Under the pieces are notes generated by a model that saw nothing but the letters and a program-made list of their open reading frames with translations, was not told the origin of the DNA and did not search any database. Positions 8,839 through 18,634 of a stretch of 64,000 nt of DNA are shown here, one piece after another. This stretch comes from a virus. Each line of letters opens with the position of its first letter. The first letter of the stretch is position 1. The position numbers were made by a program, and so were the translations under genes. The stretch lies in IMG/VR virus record IMGVR_UViG_3300012683_000008, positions 1 to 64,000 of that record, one strand, 5' to 3'.

Positions 8839-11800
8839 TTACACCACCAGGGTCACCCTGATGTAGTTGCACGGGAACGGGACATCGAGCGTGATGTCGA
8901 CGAGCACGGTGTCTGGCGCCAGCTCGTCCTGAACGATGTTGTTGATGTTCGCCCCGTTGAGGACGCCGTTCTCGATGAGGAACTGAAGCATGCCCTGGAT
9001 CGTGGTGCCGATCGTGTCCAGGAGCTGGTTGTTGATGACCTGCGTTCCGATGAACTTCCGGATGCCGAGGCGGATGAACTTCGCGGTGAAGTCCACCACC
9101 TTGGTGATCGAGAGCTCACGGGTCTCGATCGAGGTGAGGTCGGTCGAGAGCTGGTGACGGCTGGAGACAGGGCCACCCTGAACGTCTTGGATCAGGATGT
9201 ACGTGCCGCCACCGGCCATGATGTTGAGCTGCCGCTTGGTGTACTTCTCCGTGCCCACGACGCCGGTGAGGCCCGTGATGGGGAAGTTCGTGAACGGCTG
9301 CTGCGGCGGCTGACCGGCCACCATGCCTGCGATGGCGGCGCAGGCGTAGTAGCCCGGCAGGCTCTTCGTGATCCCGTTGATGACCGTCTGGATGACGTCG
9401 GGGAAGACGGAGAAGGCCCTGCGGTTCTTGAGCCCAGCGTTGGCTTCGGCCACCGTGTCCGCCACGAGGCTGTAGTCGAGACGAGGCGGGTTCGAGCCGG
9501 GGATGATGAGCGAGTGACCACGGACCTTCAGAGACCAGGCGGCGTTGATGACCGACTCGGTCAGTGCAGTCGTGGTGTAGAACGCATCGGTGTTCTCACC
9601 CGTGGCGAACACCACGTTGAAGTTCGCCAGTGCGCCTGTGACGCTCGCCACGCTGTAGCGGCGGAACTCTCCAGCCACCTCGAACTCGCAGTAGACACCC
9701 ATCGCGACCGTGAACGGGTCGGCTGGGTTCAGACCGAGAGCGACGAGACCGGCTGCCGGGTTCACGTCCAGCAGGCCCTGGTTCTGCGTGGCCGTGCTGT
9801 TGAGCTGAGTGCCTGAAGCACCGATGCCTGGGTTCTTGCGGACGGGCACCTTGTGGTTGAAGAAGACGATGCGCTCGCCTCCCTGCTCAGGAGCCGACAT
9901 CGCCACGGCGTGGGTCCTCCACAGTCCCGTGATGACCTCGTCCTGGGTCAGCGGAGCGATGGCGTACACCTCTTCGGCTTCGAGCAGACCAGCCGCACGA
10001 GCGTAGGCCAGTGCGGTGCCTTCTGGAGCCGCAGCGGTGATCTCGTCGACACCGAGTCCCTTGACCTCGAAGCCTGGGCAGTTCAGGAGGCAGAGGAAGA
10101 GAGCGAGACCGAGCGGGTTGTCCTCGGTGAGAGGATCGAGCACGGCGGCGAGAGTCTCGACGTCCGGGAGACGGAGCACGCCAGCGATGGCCGCCACTGC
10201 CGTGACGTCCTTCCTGAGCGCCTTGTACTGAACGTACAGGGTGCCGAAGTCGAACGTGAAGTCGAGTGGGTAGCCCGTGACCTGATCACGGAGGATCTCG
10301 GACCCGATGACCAGGTTGTTGAGGTCGTCGAGGTACGCATCCGGGAACGGGCGAGCGGAGCCCGAGGCCGGTGAGGTCGAGAGGCCGAAGGCAGTGGCTG
10401 CCTTGCCTGCGAGGATCGCCACCCTCGAAGCTGCACCCTTCAGAGGAGAGGTGATCTTGAGCTTGTCGAGACCACCGCCCGTCTTCGCAGCCACCGTGAA
10501 TCCGACCAGGAGGTTGATCGCATCGATCGCCTCATCGAGGCTGTCCGAGGCGAACGACGCTTGGTAGATGTGGGGGTTGTTGTCGAACTTGAACGACAGC
10601 GACTGGCCGTTGAGGTTCTCTTCGCCGACGTCGATCGTGCCGTTGACCAGGTTCAGCTTGCCTGCACCGTTCGAAGTCGAGGCGACGTTGATGCGGATGG
10701 CGATGAGCGAGCCACCAGCCACCGTCTTGATGGAGAACGTGGTGCCGTTGTTGATGACCGTGATGAAGCCACCGAGGAAGGCACCGTCGGCCATGAGGTC
10801 TGCGACGATGAGAGCGACCGAGGCCTTCTCTGCGATGAAGGCGTGAGTGAGGGTCGTCGGGAAGGTCACGCCACCGTCAGTCGAGTAGCCGACCACCAGT
10901 GAAGTGCCCGAGAGGGTCGTGGTCGGGACGGTCTGAGTGCCCGACGTGATCATCGCCGGGATGTCCTTGAACTCGACGTCCACACCCGTGTCGGTGGTGT
11001 CGACTGAGATCGAGAACCCGAGCGTGGTGTTGGCCGTGCCGTTCGCCTTCAGCTTGACTGACTGGAGACGACCGAACTTCAAGGTCTGGAGCTGGAGCTG
11101 GCCAGCGGCGTCGAGCGGCGTGACACCTGGGATGTTGCCGCCGATGGCCGCAGCGACGAGAGCCATGGAGGCGTACGAGTTCGTGAAGGTGAAGTTCCCT
11201 TCCGTCTCGACTCCATCGATGGTCACGACGTAGTGCAGCTTGAGGCCGGTGAGCAGGAACGGAGGACCCACTGCGCCGGAGCCCACGATCGAAGCCTGCT
11301 CTGCCGGAGCTCCAGAGACGGAGCCAGCGACGGAGGCTGCGGTCGGAGCCGCAGTGGCATCGTCGAGACCAGTCGCCTTGTACCAGACGTACTTGGGGGC
11401 GAACGGGCTGTCGGCGAAGAGCGTGTCGACTTGCTGAACGTCGTACACCTTGATGATGTACCGGCCGTTCGAATCGGCAGTCGAGAGAGCGGTGTTGATG
11501 GTGCCGACCTTGAACCTGGTCGCCTCCACCTTCATGATCTCCCCGCCCTTGAGCTTCACGCCGTCGACGTAGATGAAGTCGCCGATGTGGATGGGGATCG
11601 TGTTGCCGTCTCCGAAGGTGACAGCAGCGGCCTGAGCCGAGAGGAAGGTCAGCGTCTCGACGTTGATGATGCCGGCCTTCGGGTCGAACGACGTGCTGAC
11701 TCCGTTGACGAGGAAGTCGCCACGGAAGAACTCGATCCACGGGGTGAGCGTGTCGTTGTTCTGATCGTCCTGGCCACGGTAGCCCGAGCCCTCGACACGC

Positions 11801-12477
11801 TCTTCACGCTGCGAAGGGCCGACCGTCTCGTAGCCGATCTCCAGCGTCGAGTTGGCCGAGGCACCAGCACGCACGGTGATGGAGCTCAGAGCTCCGAACC
11901 GAGTCGAGGCGATCTGCACCTTGTCGGTGTCGACCACCGTGGCGACGTCCTGGCCCACGCCATCGTTGATCTGCGCCGCAGCCTGAGCTGCCGTGAGAGT
12001 GCCACCCGTGAAGGTGATCGAGATGTCAGCCGAGGTGTCGAGACGAGCGGGCTGGTCGACTGCGAGAACCAGCGTCTTGCCACCGAGCACCAGACCGACA
12101 CCGAAGCTCTTCGTCTTGATGGCAGCACGAGCAGAGCCGTGCGATGTGGCGAGGAACGACTCGCCGGGGGACATGAAGAGCTCGTTGAGTTCTCCACCTG
12201 CCACCATGAAGGGGCGGATGGTCTCTTCGAGAATGTTGAGCTCGTCCACGTTGCCACGTGGATCAGGGAAGGCGCTCTGAGTGATCGTCTTCCCGATCTG
12301 GCGGTACTCGCCGTACTTCGCCTTGCTGTTGATCGTCCCTTCCGAGGTCAGAACGTTGATGACCTCGAAAGCTGGGCCGACCACCACCGGGGCGAGGGTC
12401 GGTTGGACGAAGGACGGGGCAGGCGACTTGAAGGTCTGGATGACTTCAACGCCTGGTCTGATAAGTTCACCGGCCAT
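8839..12477 (-). CDS. Contractile tail sheath protein (1212 aa)
   Basis: N-terminal RPGVEVIQ; C-terminal RELSITKVVDF..K and V.FPCNYIRVTLVV, typical of sheaths. Confidence 0.9.
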   Translation of the reverse strand: MAGELIRPGVEVIQTFKSPAPSFVQPTLAPVVVGPAFEVINVLTSEGTINSKAKYGEYRQIGKTITQSAFPDPRGNVDELNILEETIRPFMVAGGELNELFMSPGESFLATSHGSARAAIKTKSFGVGLVLGGKTLVLAVDQPARLDTSADISITFTGGTLTAAQAAAQINDGVGQDVATVVDTDKVQIASTRFGALSSITVRAGASANSTLEIGYETVGPSQREERVEGSGYRGQDDQNNDTLTPWIEFFRGDFLVNGVSTSFDPKAGIINVETLTFLSAQAAAVTFGDGNTIPIHIGDFIYVDGVKLKGGEIMKVEATRFKVGTINTALSTADSNGRYIIKVYDVQQVDTLFADSPFAPKYVWYKATGLDDATAAPTAASVAGSVSGAPAEQASIVGSGAVGPPFLLTGLKLHYVVTIDGVETEGNFTFTNSYASMALVAAAIGGNIPGVTPLDAAGQLQLQTLKFGRLQSVKLKANGTANTTLGFSISVDTTDTGVDVEFKDIPAMITSGTQTVPTTTLSGTSLVVGYSTDGGVTFPTTLTHAFIAEKASVALIVADLMADGAFLGGFITVINNGTTFSIKTVAGGSLIAIRINVASTSNGAGKLNLVNGTIDVGEENLNGQSLSFKFDNNPHIYQASFASDSLDEAIDAINLLVGFTVAAKTGGGLDKLKITSPLKGAASRVAILAGKAATAFGLSTSPASGSARPFPDAYLDDLNNLVIGSEILRDQVTGYPLDFTFDFGTLYVQYKALRKDVTAVAAIAGVLRLPDVETLAAVLDPLTEDNPLGLALFLCLLNCPGFEVKGLGVDEITAAAPEGTALAYARAAGLLEAEEVYAIAPLTQDEVITGLWRTHAVAMSAPEQGGERIVFFNHKVPVRKNPGIGASGTQLNSTATQNQGLLDVNPAAGLVALGLNPADPFTVAMGVYCEFEVAGEFRRYSVASVTGALANFNVVFATGENTDAFYTTTALTESVINAAWSLKVRGHSLIIPGSNPPRLDYSLVADTVAEANAGLKNRRAFSVFPDVIQTVINGITKSLPGYYACAAIAGMVAGQPPQQPFTNFPITGLTGVVGTEKYTKRQLNIMAGGGTYILIQDVQGGPVSSRHQLSTDLTSIETRELSITKVVDFTAKFIRLGIRKFIGTQVINNQLLDTIGTTIQGMLQFLIENGVLNGANINNIVQDELAPDTVLVDITLDVPFPCNYIRVTLVV

Positions 12478-12498
12478 CGTGAATCTCCTTTTCTGCTG

Positions 12499-13299
12499 TT
12501 ACTGCCGAGGCTTCGGGGTCTTCGCTGCGGTGAGGTGGACCCGTTGAGTAAGCGAAAGAGCCTTGTCCCTGTCGTATTCTAGGATGCGTCCGTTGATGGC
12601 CGGAGCGTTTATGGCTGCAACGCCCGGTGAGAAATTGACGGTTGACCTTAAGGCTAGGTCCAGCTTTTTGAGAAGCACTTTGTCTGCCGGCTCGATGGTC
12701 CAGAAGTCTTGGAAGAAGAATGGGACCGAGACAGTCACCATCACGATCTCGTTTGCGTCTGGCTGAACGATCGCTCCAGGAGCTGATTCTGGCCCTACTT
12801 GGATCTCTTCACCGATGCGGTGAAAGCCGGCTCTCATGAGAGACCTCTTCAGGCGTCTCACGGCCATGGCACAGATCCACGCCATTCTCTGAGCCTCAAC
12901 ACCGACTGAAGAGAGGCAGTTGAAAGAAGCAGACGCAGACACGAGGTCCGTGTGCCGTCTTGCTCCACTGGCTGGATCGAAGTTGGGAACGAACCCTTCT
13001 TTCCTGTTGAGTCTCGGACCAGCGAACTGATCGATGGCGACGTTCCCGAAGCTGGCCCCACCTCTTGCAACGATGATGGCCGGTCTCTTCTCGACGACCT
13101 CACGATTGACGGTGGCCTGGTCGGAGATCATGACCTCCGTGAGAGCGTCATCATCATCCCAGTGGTAGTTGCCCTTGTCGAAGGTCTGGAAGACGAGCTG
13201 AAGAAAGCGAACGAGAAGACGGTTGTAGTGGTAGAGCGGATCCTCCCCAGGCCCTTGAGGCTGAGCTGGACCACTGGGGATGCGCTCTGCGTCAGACAT
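12499..13299 (-). CDS. Putative tail terminator/neck protein
   Basis: Immediately upstream of the sheath gene; EKRPAIIVARG motif. Confidence 0.5.
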   Translation of the reverse strand: MSDAERIPSGPAQPQGPGEDPLYHYNRLLVRFLQLVFQTFDKGNYHWDDDDALTEVMISDQATVNREVVEKRPAIIVARGGASFGNVAIDQFAGPRLNRKEGFVPNFDPASGARRHTDLVSASASFNCLSSVGVEAQRMAWICAMAVRRLKRSLMRAGFHRIGEEIQVGPESAPGAIVQPDANEIVMVTVSVPFFFQDFWTIEPADKVLLKKLDLALRSTVNFSPGVAAINAPAINGRILEYDRDKALSLTQRVHLTAAKTPKPRQ

Positions 13300-13636
13300 C
13301 CTTCTTCTCTTCCTTCTTCGTCATCTCGTGTTGGAGCGCCATCATCGCAGCAGTGAGAGCCATGGATCCGATTCCCACGGCTGGAGCGATGAACTTCATG
13401 CGAGTGGCTGGGAGGACCTGTTCATACCTCTTGGAGAGTCCTGTCGCCTTCATGATGTGGGGGAGAGCCAGAGTGATGCCTGTTCCTACTGCCCCACCAA
13501 GAGTCGCAAGGCCGATGTTCTTCAGCACCTTCTTGAGAGGCTGATCCTTCTTCTCCTCAGCGATCTTGTCGAGCTCATCGAAGAGCCCCACGAGGGTGGC
13601 CGTAGACAGCGAAGATGTCGGAGAAGTCTTCTTCAT
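13292..13636 (-). CDS. Leader-tagged glycine-zipper membrane-like protein
   Basis: LSTATLVGLFDELDKIA followed by two hydrophobic GxxxG helices; start codon uncertain. Confidence 0.65.
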   Translation of the reverse strand: MKKTSPTSSLSTATLVGLFDELDKIAEEKKDQPLKKVLKNIGLATLGGAVGTGITLALPHIMKATGLSKRYEQVLPATRMKFIAPAVGIGSMALTAAMMALQHEMTKKEEKKDV

Positions 13637-14480
13637 CGAGGTTCTGGGGGTTGGTGAAGTTTCTCTCTGCGGCCGGCTTGAGAGACTGTGCGTCAACCTT
13701 CACCGGTAGTGCGTACTCGATGTCGCCTTTCGGGATCTCGTGAATCGTGAGCTCCTGACGAACGTTTGCTCTCAAACGCTGGGTTGGCGTCACCGAGATG
13801 ACCCTCCAACGCTTGTTCTCCGACTCTACGAGTATGTCGTTCGGCGACACTGGTGGGAAGGAAATCATCCTCCCAGCAGTGTCACCTGGCTGCCGTTCTT
13901 GGAGGGCGCTCTTGCTTGAGATCTTGGGGTACGGGTCGATCTGAACGAAGACCTGAACTGGGGCCATGAACCCACCGAGCCACCCAGTTCCGAAACAGGT
14001 CTTGCATCCTGACCTGGTGACCTTCTTCGTCACCGTGTCATAGCAGAAGCAGACCGGGCCGAAGGTTCTTGCCGGGAAGAGGATGCACGATCTTCCAGCG
14101 AACTCACGGAAGAGCATGTCCTCTTGACGGATGATCTCGGCGGCGATGAGGTCGGGCTCAGGCTCAGTTGAAGACGCAGGGCCGAACGTCTCTTCCTCGC
14201 TCGTGACCCGGTTCACTACTCGAATCTTGTAGAAGTACTGCCGCCACTTGTGCAGCAGCGAGACCGTGATGTCTCTGAGGTTGTACTGGTCTCGAAGAGG
14301 CCCGGCAATCTGGTCGTAAGGCCCCAGAGCTGCCTCTGACCTCAAGACGTAGAAGTCGTAGTCGAAGATCTCGTGAGGCGCACTGGCGCTGGGAGGGGCC
14401 GAGACAGGGGCGATCTCCCAGAACACGTCCATGTGGTCGAGGTTGAAAGACCTGACCGTGAGTTTGGTGACCTTAATCAC
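13575..14480 (-). CDS. Putative head-closure/neck protein with Zn-finger insertion
   Basis: N-terminal FN3-like segment, CFC..CKTCFGTGWLGGF, C-terminal DILVE..NKRWRV. Confidence 0.55.
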   Translation of the reverse strand: MIKVTKLTVRSFNLDHMDVFWEIAPVSAPPSASAPHEIFDYDFYVLRSEAALGPYDQIAGPLRDQYNLRDITVSLLHKWRQYFYKIRVVNRVTSEEETFGPASSTEPEPDLIAAEIIRQEDMLFREFAGRSCILFPARTFGPVCFCYDTVTKKVTRSGCKTCFGTGWLGGFMAPVQVFVQIDPYPKISSKSALQERQPGDTAGRMISFPPVSPNDILVESENKRWRVISVTPTQRLRANVRQELTIHEIPKGDIEYALPVKVDAQSLKPAAERNFTNPQNLDEEDFSDIFAVYGHPRGALR

Positions 14481-15253
14481 GGTTCGATCACGACAGTGTA
14501 CGTCTGGATGTTCGACCCCGTATAGGTTGCCGTGACGGTGTAGGTGGCAACCAGACCTCCACCCCCGGCCAGCAGCGCATTCGCCTTCGAGTTGTAGAGC
14601 CTCATGCGAGCAGCGGTGAGGTTGTTGCTGCCGTCGAAGACGGTGTTGTCGATGACGGTGTTCTCATGCATCAGACCGAGAGCTCTCGTGAGCTGCACGG
14701 CCATGCCTGGGAGGTTGGTCGAATCGCTCTTGATGGAAGCGATGTCGGCGGAGACGCTGGCTCCAGCAGGAGCTCCGAGGCGAGTGAAGTTCTGCTTCAC
14801 GCTGTTGCCGTCCGAGGTGCCTGCCGAGTCACCACGCACGCTCTCCTTGTAGAGGAGAGACTTGCCGAAGACAGAGGCCGTTGCTGAGGTATCACCGGAA
14901 GCACCGATGTCGTCGACCCTCTTGCCCTTCTGGCCAGCCGAGTAGCCGGTGTTGTCCGCCCAGACGTCCGTCTTCACCTGGCTGGTGGGCTCGTCGATGA
15001 AGACGTCGCTTGGTCCGATCCTGTCGGCGATGTACCTGATGGTCTCGTCGGCAATGCCAGCCCCACCGTCGACCTCGAAGATGATGTCGAAGGTCGGGGT
15101 GTAGTCGAAGTAGTACGTTCCGTCGGTGCTGACCGGGCCACTGATGGCGGGAGGAGAACCGACGTTGGAGTGATCCGAGCTCTTCTTGAAGTAGTTGAAG
15201 CTGGGCGTCAGGGCGTTGTCTGAATGCCGAAAGCGGAGGTAGTAGCGAGCCAT
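14477..15253 (-). CDS. Putative virion structural protein
   Basis: Within the structural operon; beta-rich; AGGAG RBS. Confidence 0.55.
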   Translation of the reverse strand: MARYYLRFRHSDNALTPSFNYFKKSSDHSNVGSPPAISGPVSTDGTYYFDYTPTFDIIFEVDGGAGIADETIRYIADRIGPSDVFIDEPTSQVKTDVWADNTGYSAGQKGKRVDDIGASGDTSATASVFGKSLLYKESVRGDSAGTSDGNSVKQNFTRLGAPAGASVSADIASIKSDSTNLPGMAVQLTRALGLMHENTVIDNTVFDGSNNLTAARMRLYNSKANALLAGGGGLVATYTVTATYTGSNIQTYTVVIEP

Positions 15254-15262
15254 GAATCTCCT

Positions 15263-18200
15263 TTAGGGGCCGCTGATCTCGGCAGAAGCCAGAGCCGTGA
15301 ACGTGTCGTCCTCACCACCTACAACGAGAACCGTGTTGTTGGGGAGCATGAAGGATACATGACCAGCCCTCTTCGTGGTCATGTTGATGCCAGCAGGGTG
15401 GCTCCAAGTGTCGCCACCTGGGTTGTAGAGACGCACATCGTTGGTAGCTGCACCACCGGTGAGCTGACCACCAAACACACCTACTGACCCATCTGCGAAG
15501 AGGTGGGCAGTGTGTCGAGACCTGCTTGAGGGGAGGTTCGCACCGTGCGTCACCTGACCGCCGGACCAGATGTCAGGGCCCTGGGGGTCGAAGATGTCGA
15601 GGGCCGAGTTGCCACCGAAGTTCCCTTCTCCGCCGATCAACAAGACCTTCGAGTAGCCGAAGGCCGGGGGTAGCTTGACCATGGCGAACTTCACGTGAGG
15701 TCGAATCTTCTCTTGAGTCGCAGCACTGGTAGTGACTTCCTTGTCCGTCCCCAAGAGATTCATGATCACTGCGGTCGTGCCTGACGTGCCACCCGTGATG
15801 GTTTCACTTAGGGAGAAACCACCGACGGCACTGCCGTAGACAAGGACGCCGGTAAACCCATCGACCGGCACCGCATAGACAACAGCAGTAGCCCCGCTTG
15901 TGCCCCCTGTGATGGTCTCCCCTGGGGTGAAAGTTCCGAACTTGAAGCTGAAGGCGATGTTCTGGCCTGAGACAGCTTCTCCGTTGAGAATGTTGAGGAC
16001 AGAGCCCTCATCGGTTCCAAAAGTCAGAACGCCTGTAGTGGTCAAGATCGGATGAGGGTTGTCATCCTCCAGTCTTCCCCAAGAGAACGTCGTACCACTG
16101 GCGATGTAGACCCCAGAGTTCATGGGACTGCCGCCACCAGTTGCTCCTGTGTACGGAAGGAGAATCCCAGGGATGCGACGCCAGATGTCGAAGTCCTTGT
16201 CGTAGGCCTCCATGGTCCTGACGTTCAGACCGTTGTCGTCAACTCCGCCGGCCACCAAGACCATGTCCGAACCAGCGATATGAGCCTCGACGACGCTGTG
16301 GTCTCTTCGCTTGTAGAGCATCGGAGAGACGAAGGCCCACTCCTGGAGGTAGTAGGGGCCATTGGAGAAGAAAGCTGCGAAAGCGTCTCCTCCTGAGCTG
16401 TCGGTGATCTCTTCCGACTGAACCCAAAAGCCACCGACTACGTCAGAGACGATGAGCTCAGGGCCCCCAAAGAACCCGAACGGATTGATCTGCCGAATGA
16501 TGCCCGTAGTCCCGCTCGTGAGACCGGTGAGAGTTGCCCCGACAGTGAATGGCGAAGTCTGGGCGGTGACTGGAACACGCTGGCAGGTGCGGTAGAAGAG
16601 GCGCTCTGCGGTATTGGTGACGCCCGAAACCGTCTCACCACCTGCTCTCAGAAGGTCATTGACCTCGATACCTCCCACAACGTGTCCCTCGACAGCCTCC
16701 TGCATAGAGGGCGTGGAGCTGTGGCTGTTGCTGAAGAAGCCATCGATGCTGCCGAAGCCCGGTGAGTAGGGGTTGTATCTCGCGACGGAGTCTGTCCTGA
16801 AGGTGCCGCCCTGAAGGCCGCCGACGATGGCTCCGTAACGATTCTCCGCATCGTTGATGGTGACATCACTGTGAACGACGGCTGCACCTTGAAGGCTGGT
16901 CGTGATGTTCGTGATTCGCTCTACTTCTTGTCCATCGATGCTGTAGATGTCCCCATCAATCGGATCGACACCAGCATTGGTGCCGCCGAAGACCATGTAG
17001 CGACTGACGTCAGAAGCCGGGTTGATGGGGCCCCATCCAATCTTGTAGCCCTGCAAGTCTTTGCGGGGCTGGCTCATCGAGGCAGCGGCGGTCCAGTTCC
17101 AAGTCGGAGCCGCAGGTGTCGCCGGTGTGTGGAAGTGAACCTCGACGAGATTGGTATCGAGGTTGAATGCTATGGGCGTCTCGCCCTGAAACGTCTCGAA
17201 GACATCCATGTCTCTTGCACGAACCACGAAGTAGTAGTCCGTGTCAGGAGTGAGGCCGAAGAGTTCGATCCCTTTGCTGCCAGCCCATGCCTGCGTAGTG
17301 ACGTTCGGAGAATTGAAGTCCTGCCCGCCTGAGCTATTGGCGTAGTAGACGTAGTAGTTGAGGTCGTTGACGAAGGTCTTCGCATCCGATCCTGGAGCCC
17401 AGCTCAGGTAGACCCGTCCATCTTGGCTGCCGGCTCTGACTGAGACGAGACCTGCGAAGGTCGGCTTCCCACCGTCATCCTTCTTGAAGGTGCTCAGCAG
17501 AGAGTAGTGGCCAACATGATGAGGGACGAGGAATCCGCCGGTCTGACCACCCAACATCAAGAAGGTGTTCTTCGTGATGTGGAAGAGGCAGTCTCCAACT
17601 GGAAGAGGCTCAGGGTAATTGAACTGCTTCTCGAACCAGGTGTTGGTCTTGATGTCGTAGTACGAATCTCTCGGAAAGAAGTTCTTCAACACCATCACGA
17701 GAAAGCCGCCGCCAATGTCAAAGAGGAGCTGAGATCCGGGGCTCGAAGAGATGCTCTGGAATGACCCACTCATGGTCGCCAGAGGAACGAACGAATTCGT
17801 GATCAGATTGAAGCGGTCGATGTAGAGAATGAAGGAGCTGTTCGAATCGGCTGCATACGTCTCACCAGCATCGGTGGTGAGAAGCATGAAGCCCCTGTTA
17901 CCGGCCTGGGGCTGATTCGCCGTAGGAGCCCACGAGTTGCCGACCGGATCATAGATCTCAGCCGTTGCGACACCTCCGGCAGTCACGAGCACACGGCCAT
18001 CGGCCAGCAGAACTGCGACGCACCCAACTCGTGCGTGCGCCATAGAAGCCTTGGCGGACCATGTATTGGAGCCCTGGTTGAACATCTCAACGGTGGCGAC
18101 AGGGGCAGCGAGATTGTCGACTCCGCCGATGCGAAGGACGTGGCCGCTTGCGAGAGTGACGAGCGTGTAGCCGCTGACTGCATTGCCGCCCATGTCAGGC

Positions 18201-18625
18201 TGGCTCGTCCAGAGAAGCGTTCCTGGGTGAAGAGTCCGAGTCTTGATTCCTGTGGATCCTCCGCAGAAGAGGATCCGTCCATCTCCGAGAGTCGCACTGA
18301 GGATCAGGAATCCACCGTTGTTGGGGAACGCCGGAAGAGCCGTAACAGTCTCCCCGCTGGCGGAGAACACCCAAGCATCGTCAGTGGGCGCCGTAGTGTC
18401 GTCAACGACCTTGTTGCCTCCGACAACCACGGCCCTCTTGTCGAGGAACTGGCCCTGGCCCATTCCGGAGTACGAGTCGTTGAAGACGTGAGAGATGCCC
18501 CACTCCAGCTCAGGAGCCTGGCGAATCCTGGCGAATGATTTGTTCGTCTCTCGAAGAAAGTTGGAGACGCCCCTCGTCAGAGGGCGAAACGCCTTGTTCC
18601 TGAGAAGAGTCTGAGCACGACGCAT
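15263..18625 (-). CDS. Kelch-repeat and fibronectin type III protein (putative receptor-binding or decoration protein)
   Basis: Multiple Kelch blades (LADGRVLVTAGG..AEIYDP..NSW); FN3 signature GLTPDTDYYFVVRARD. Confidence 0.85.
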   Translation of the reverse strand: MRRAQTLLRNKAFRPLTRGVSNFLRETNKSFARIRQAPELEWGISHVFNDSYSGMGQGQFLDKRAVVVGGNKVVDDTTAPTDDAWVFSASGETVTALPAFPNNGGFLILSATLGDGRILFCGGSTGIKTRTLHPGTLLWTSQPDMGGNAVSGYTLVTLASGHVLRIGGVDNLAAPVATVEMFNQGSNTWSAKASMAHARVGCVAVLLADGRVLVTAGGVATAEIYDPVGNSWAPTANQPQAGNRGFMLLTTDAGETYAADSNSSFILYIDRFNLITNSFVPLATMSGSFQSISSSPGSQLLFDIGGGFLVMVLKNFFPRDSYYDIKTNTWFEKQFNYPEPLPVGDCLFHITKNTFLMLGGQTGGFLVPHHVGHYSLLSTFKKDDGGKPTFAGLVSVRAGSQDGRVYLSWAPGSDAKTFVNDLNYYVYYANSSGGQDFNSPNVTTQAWAGSKGIELFGLTPDTDYYFVVRARDMDVFETFQGETPIAFNLDTNLVEVHFHTPATPAAPTWNWTAAASMSQPRKDLQGYKIGWGPINPASDVSRYMVFGGTNAGVDPIDGDIYSIDGQEVERITNITTSLQGAAVVHSDVTINDAENRYGAIVGGLQGGTFRTDSVARYNPYSPGFGSIDGFFSNSHSSTPSMQEAVEGHVVGGIEVNDLLRAGGETVSGVTNTAERLFYRTCQRVPVTAQTSPFTVGATLTGLTSGTTGIIRQINPFGFFGGPELIVSDVVGGFWVQSEEITDSSGGDAFAAFFSNGPYYLQEWAFVSPMLYKRRDHSVVEAHIAGSDMVLVAGGVDDNGLNVRTMEAYDKDFDIWRRIPGILLPYTGATGGGSPMNSGVYIASGTTFSWGRLEDDNPHPILTTTGVLTFGTDEGSVLNILNGEAVSGQNIAFSFKFGTFTPGETITGGTSGATAVVYAVPVDGFTGVLVYGSAVGGFSLSETITGGTSGTTAVIMNLLGTDKEVTTSAATQEKIRPHVKFAMVKLPPAFGYSKVLLIGGEGNFGGNSALDIFDPQGPDIWSGGQVTHGANLPSSRSRHTAHLFADGSVGVFGGQLTGGAATNDVRLYNPGGDTWSHPAGINMTTKRAGHVSFMLPNNTVLVVGGEDDTFTALASAEISGP

Positions 18626-18634
18626 CCGATCACC

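Noticed and set aside
12458-12465. ATAAG occurrences at about 12461, 21842 and 40887 as promoter motifs
   Set aside because: They lack the G(G/A) prefix and lie antisense within coding genes with no downstream plus-strand gene
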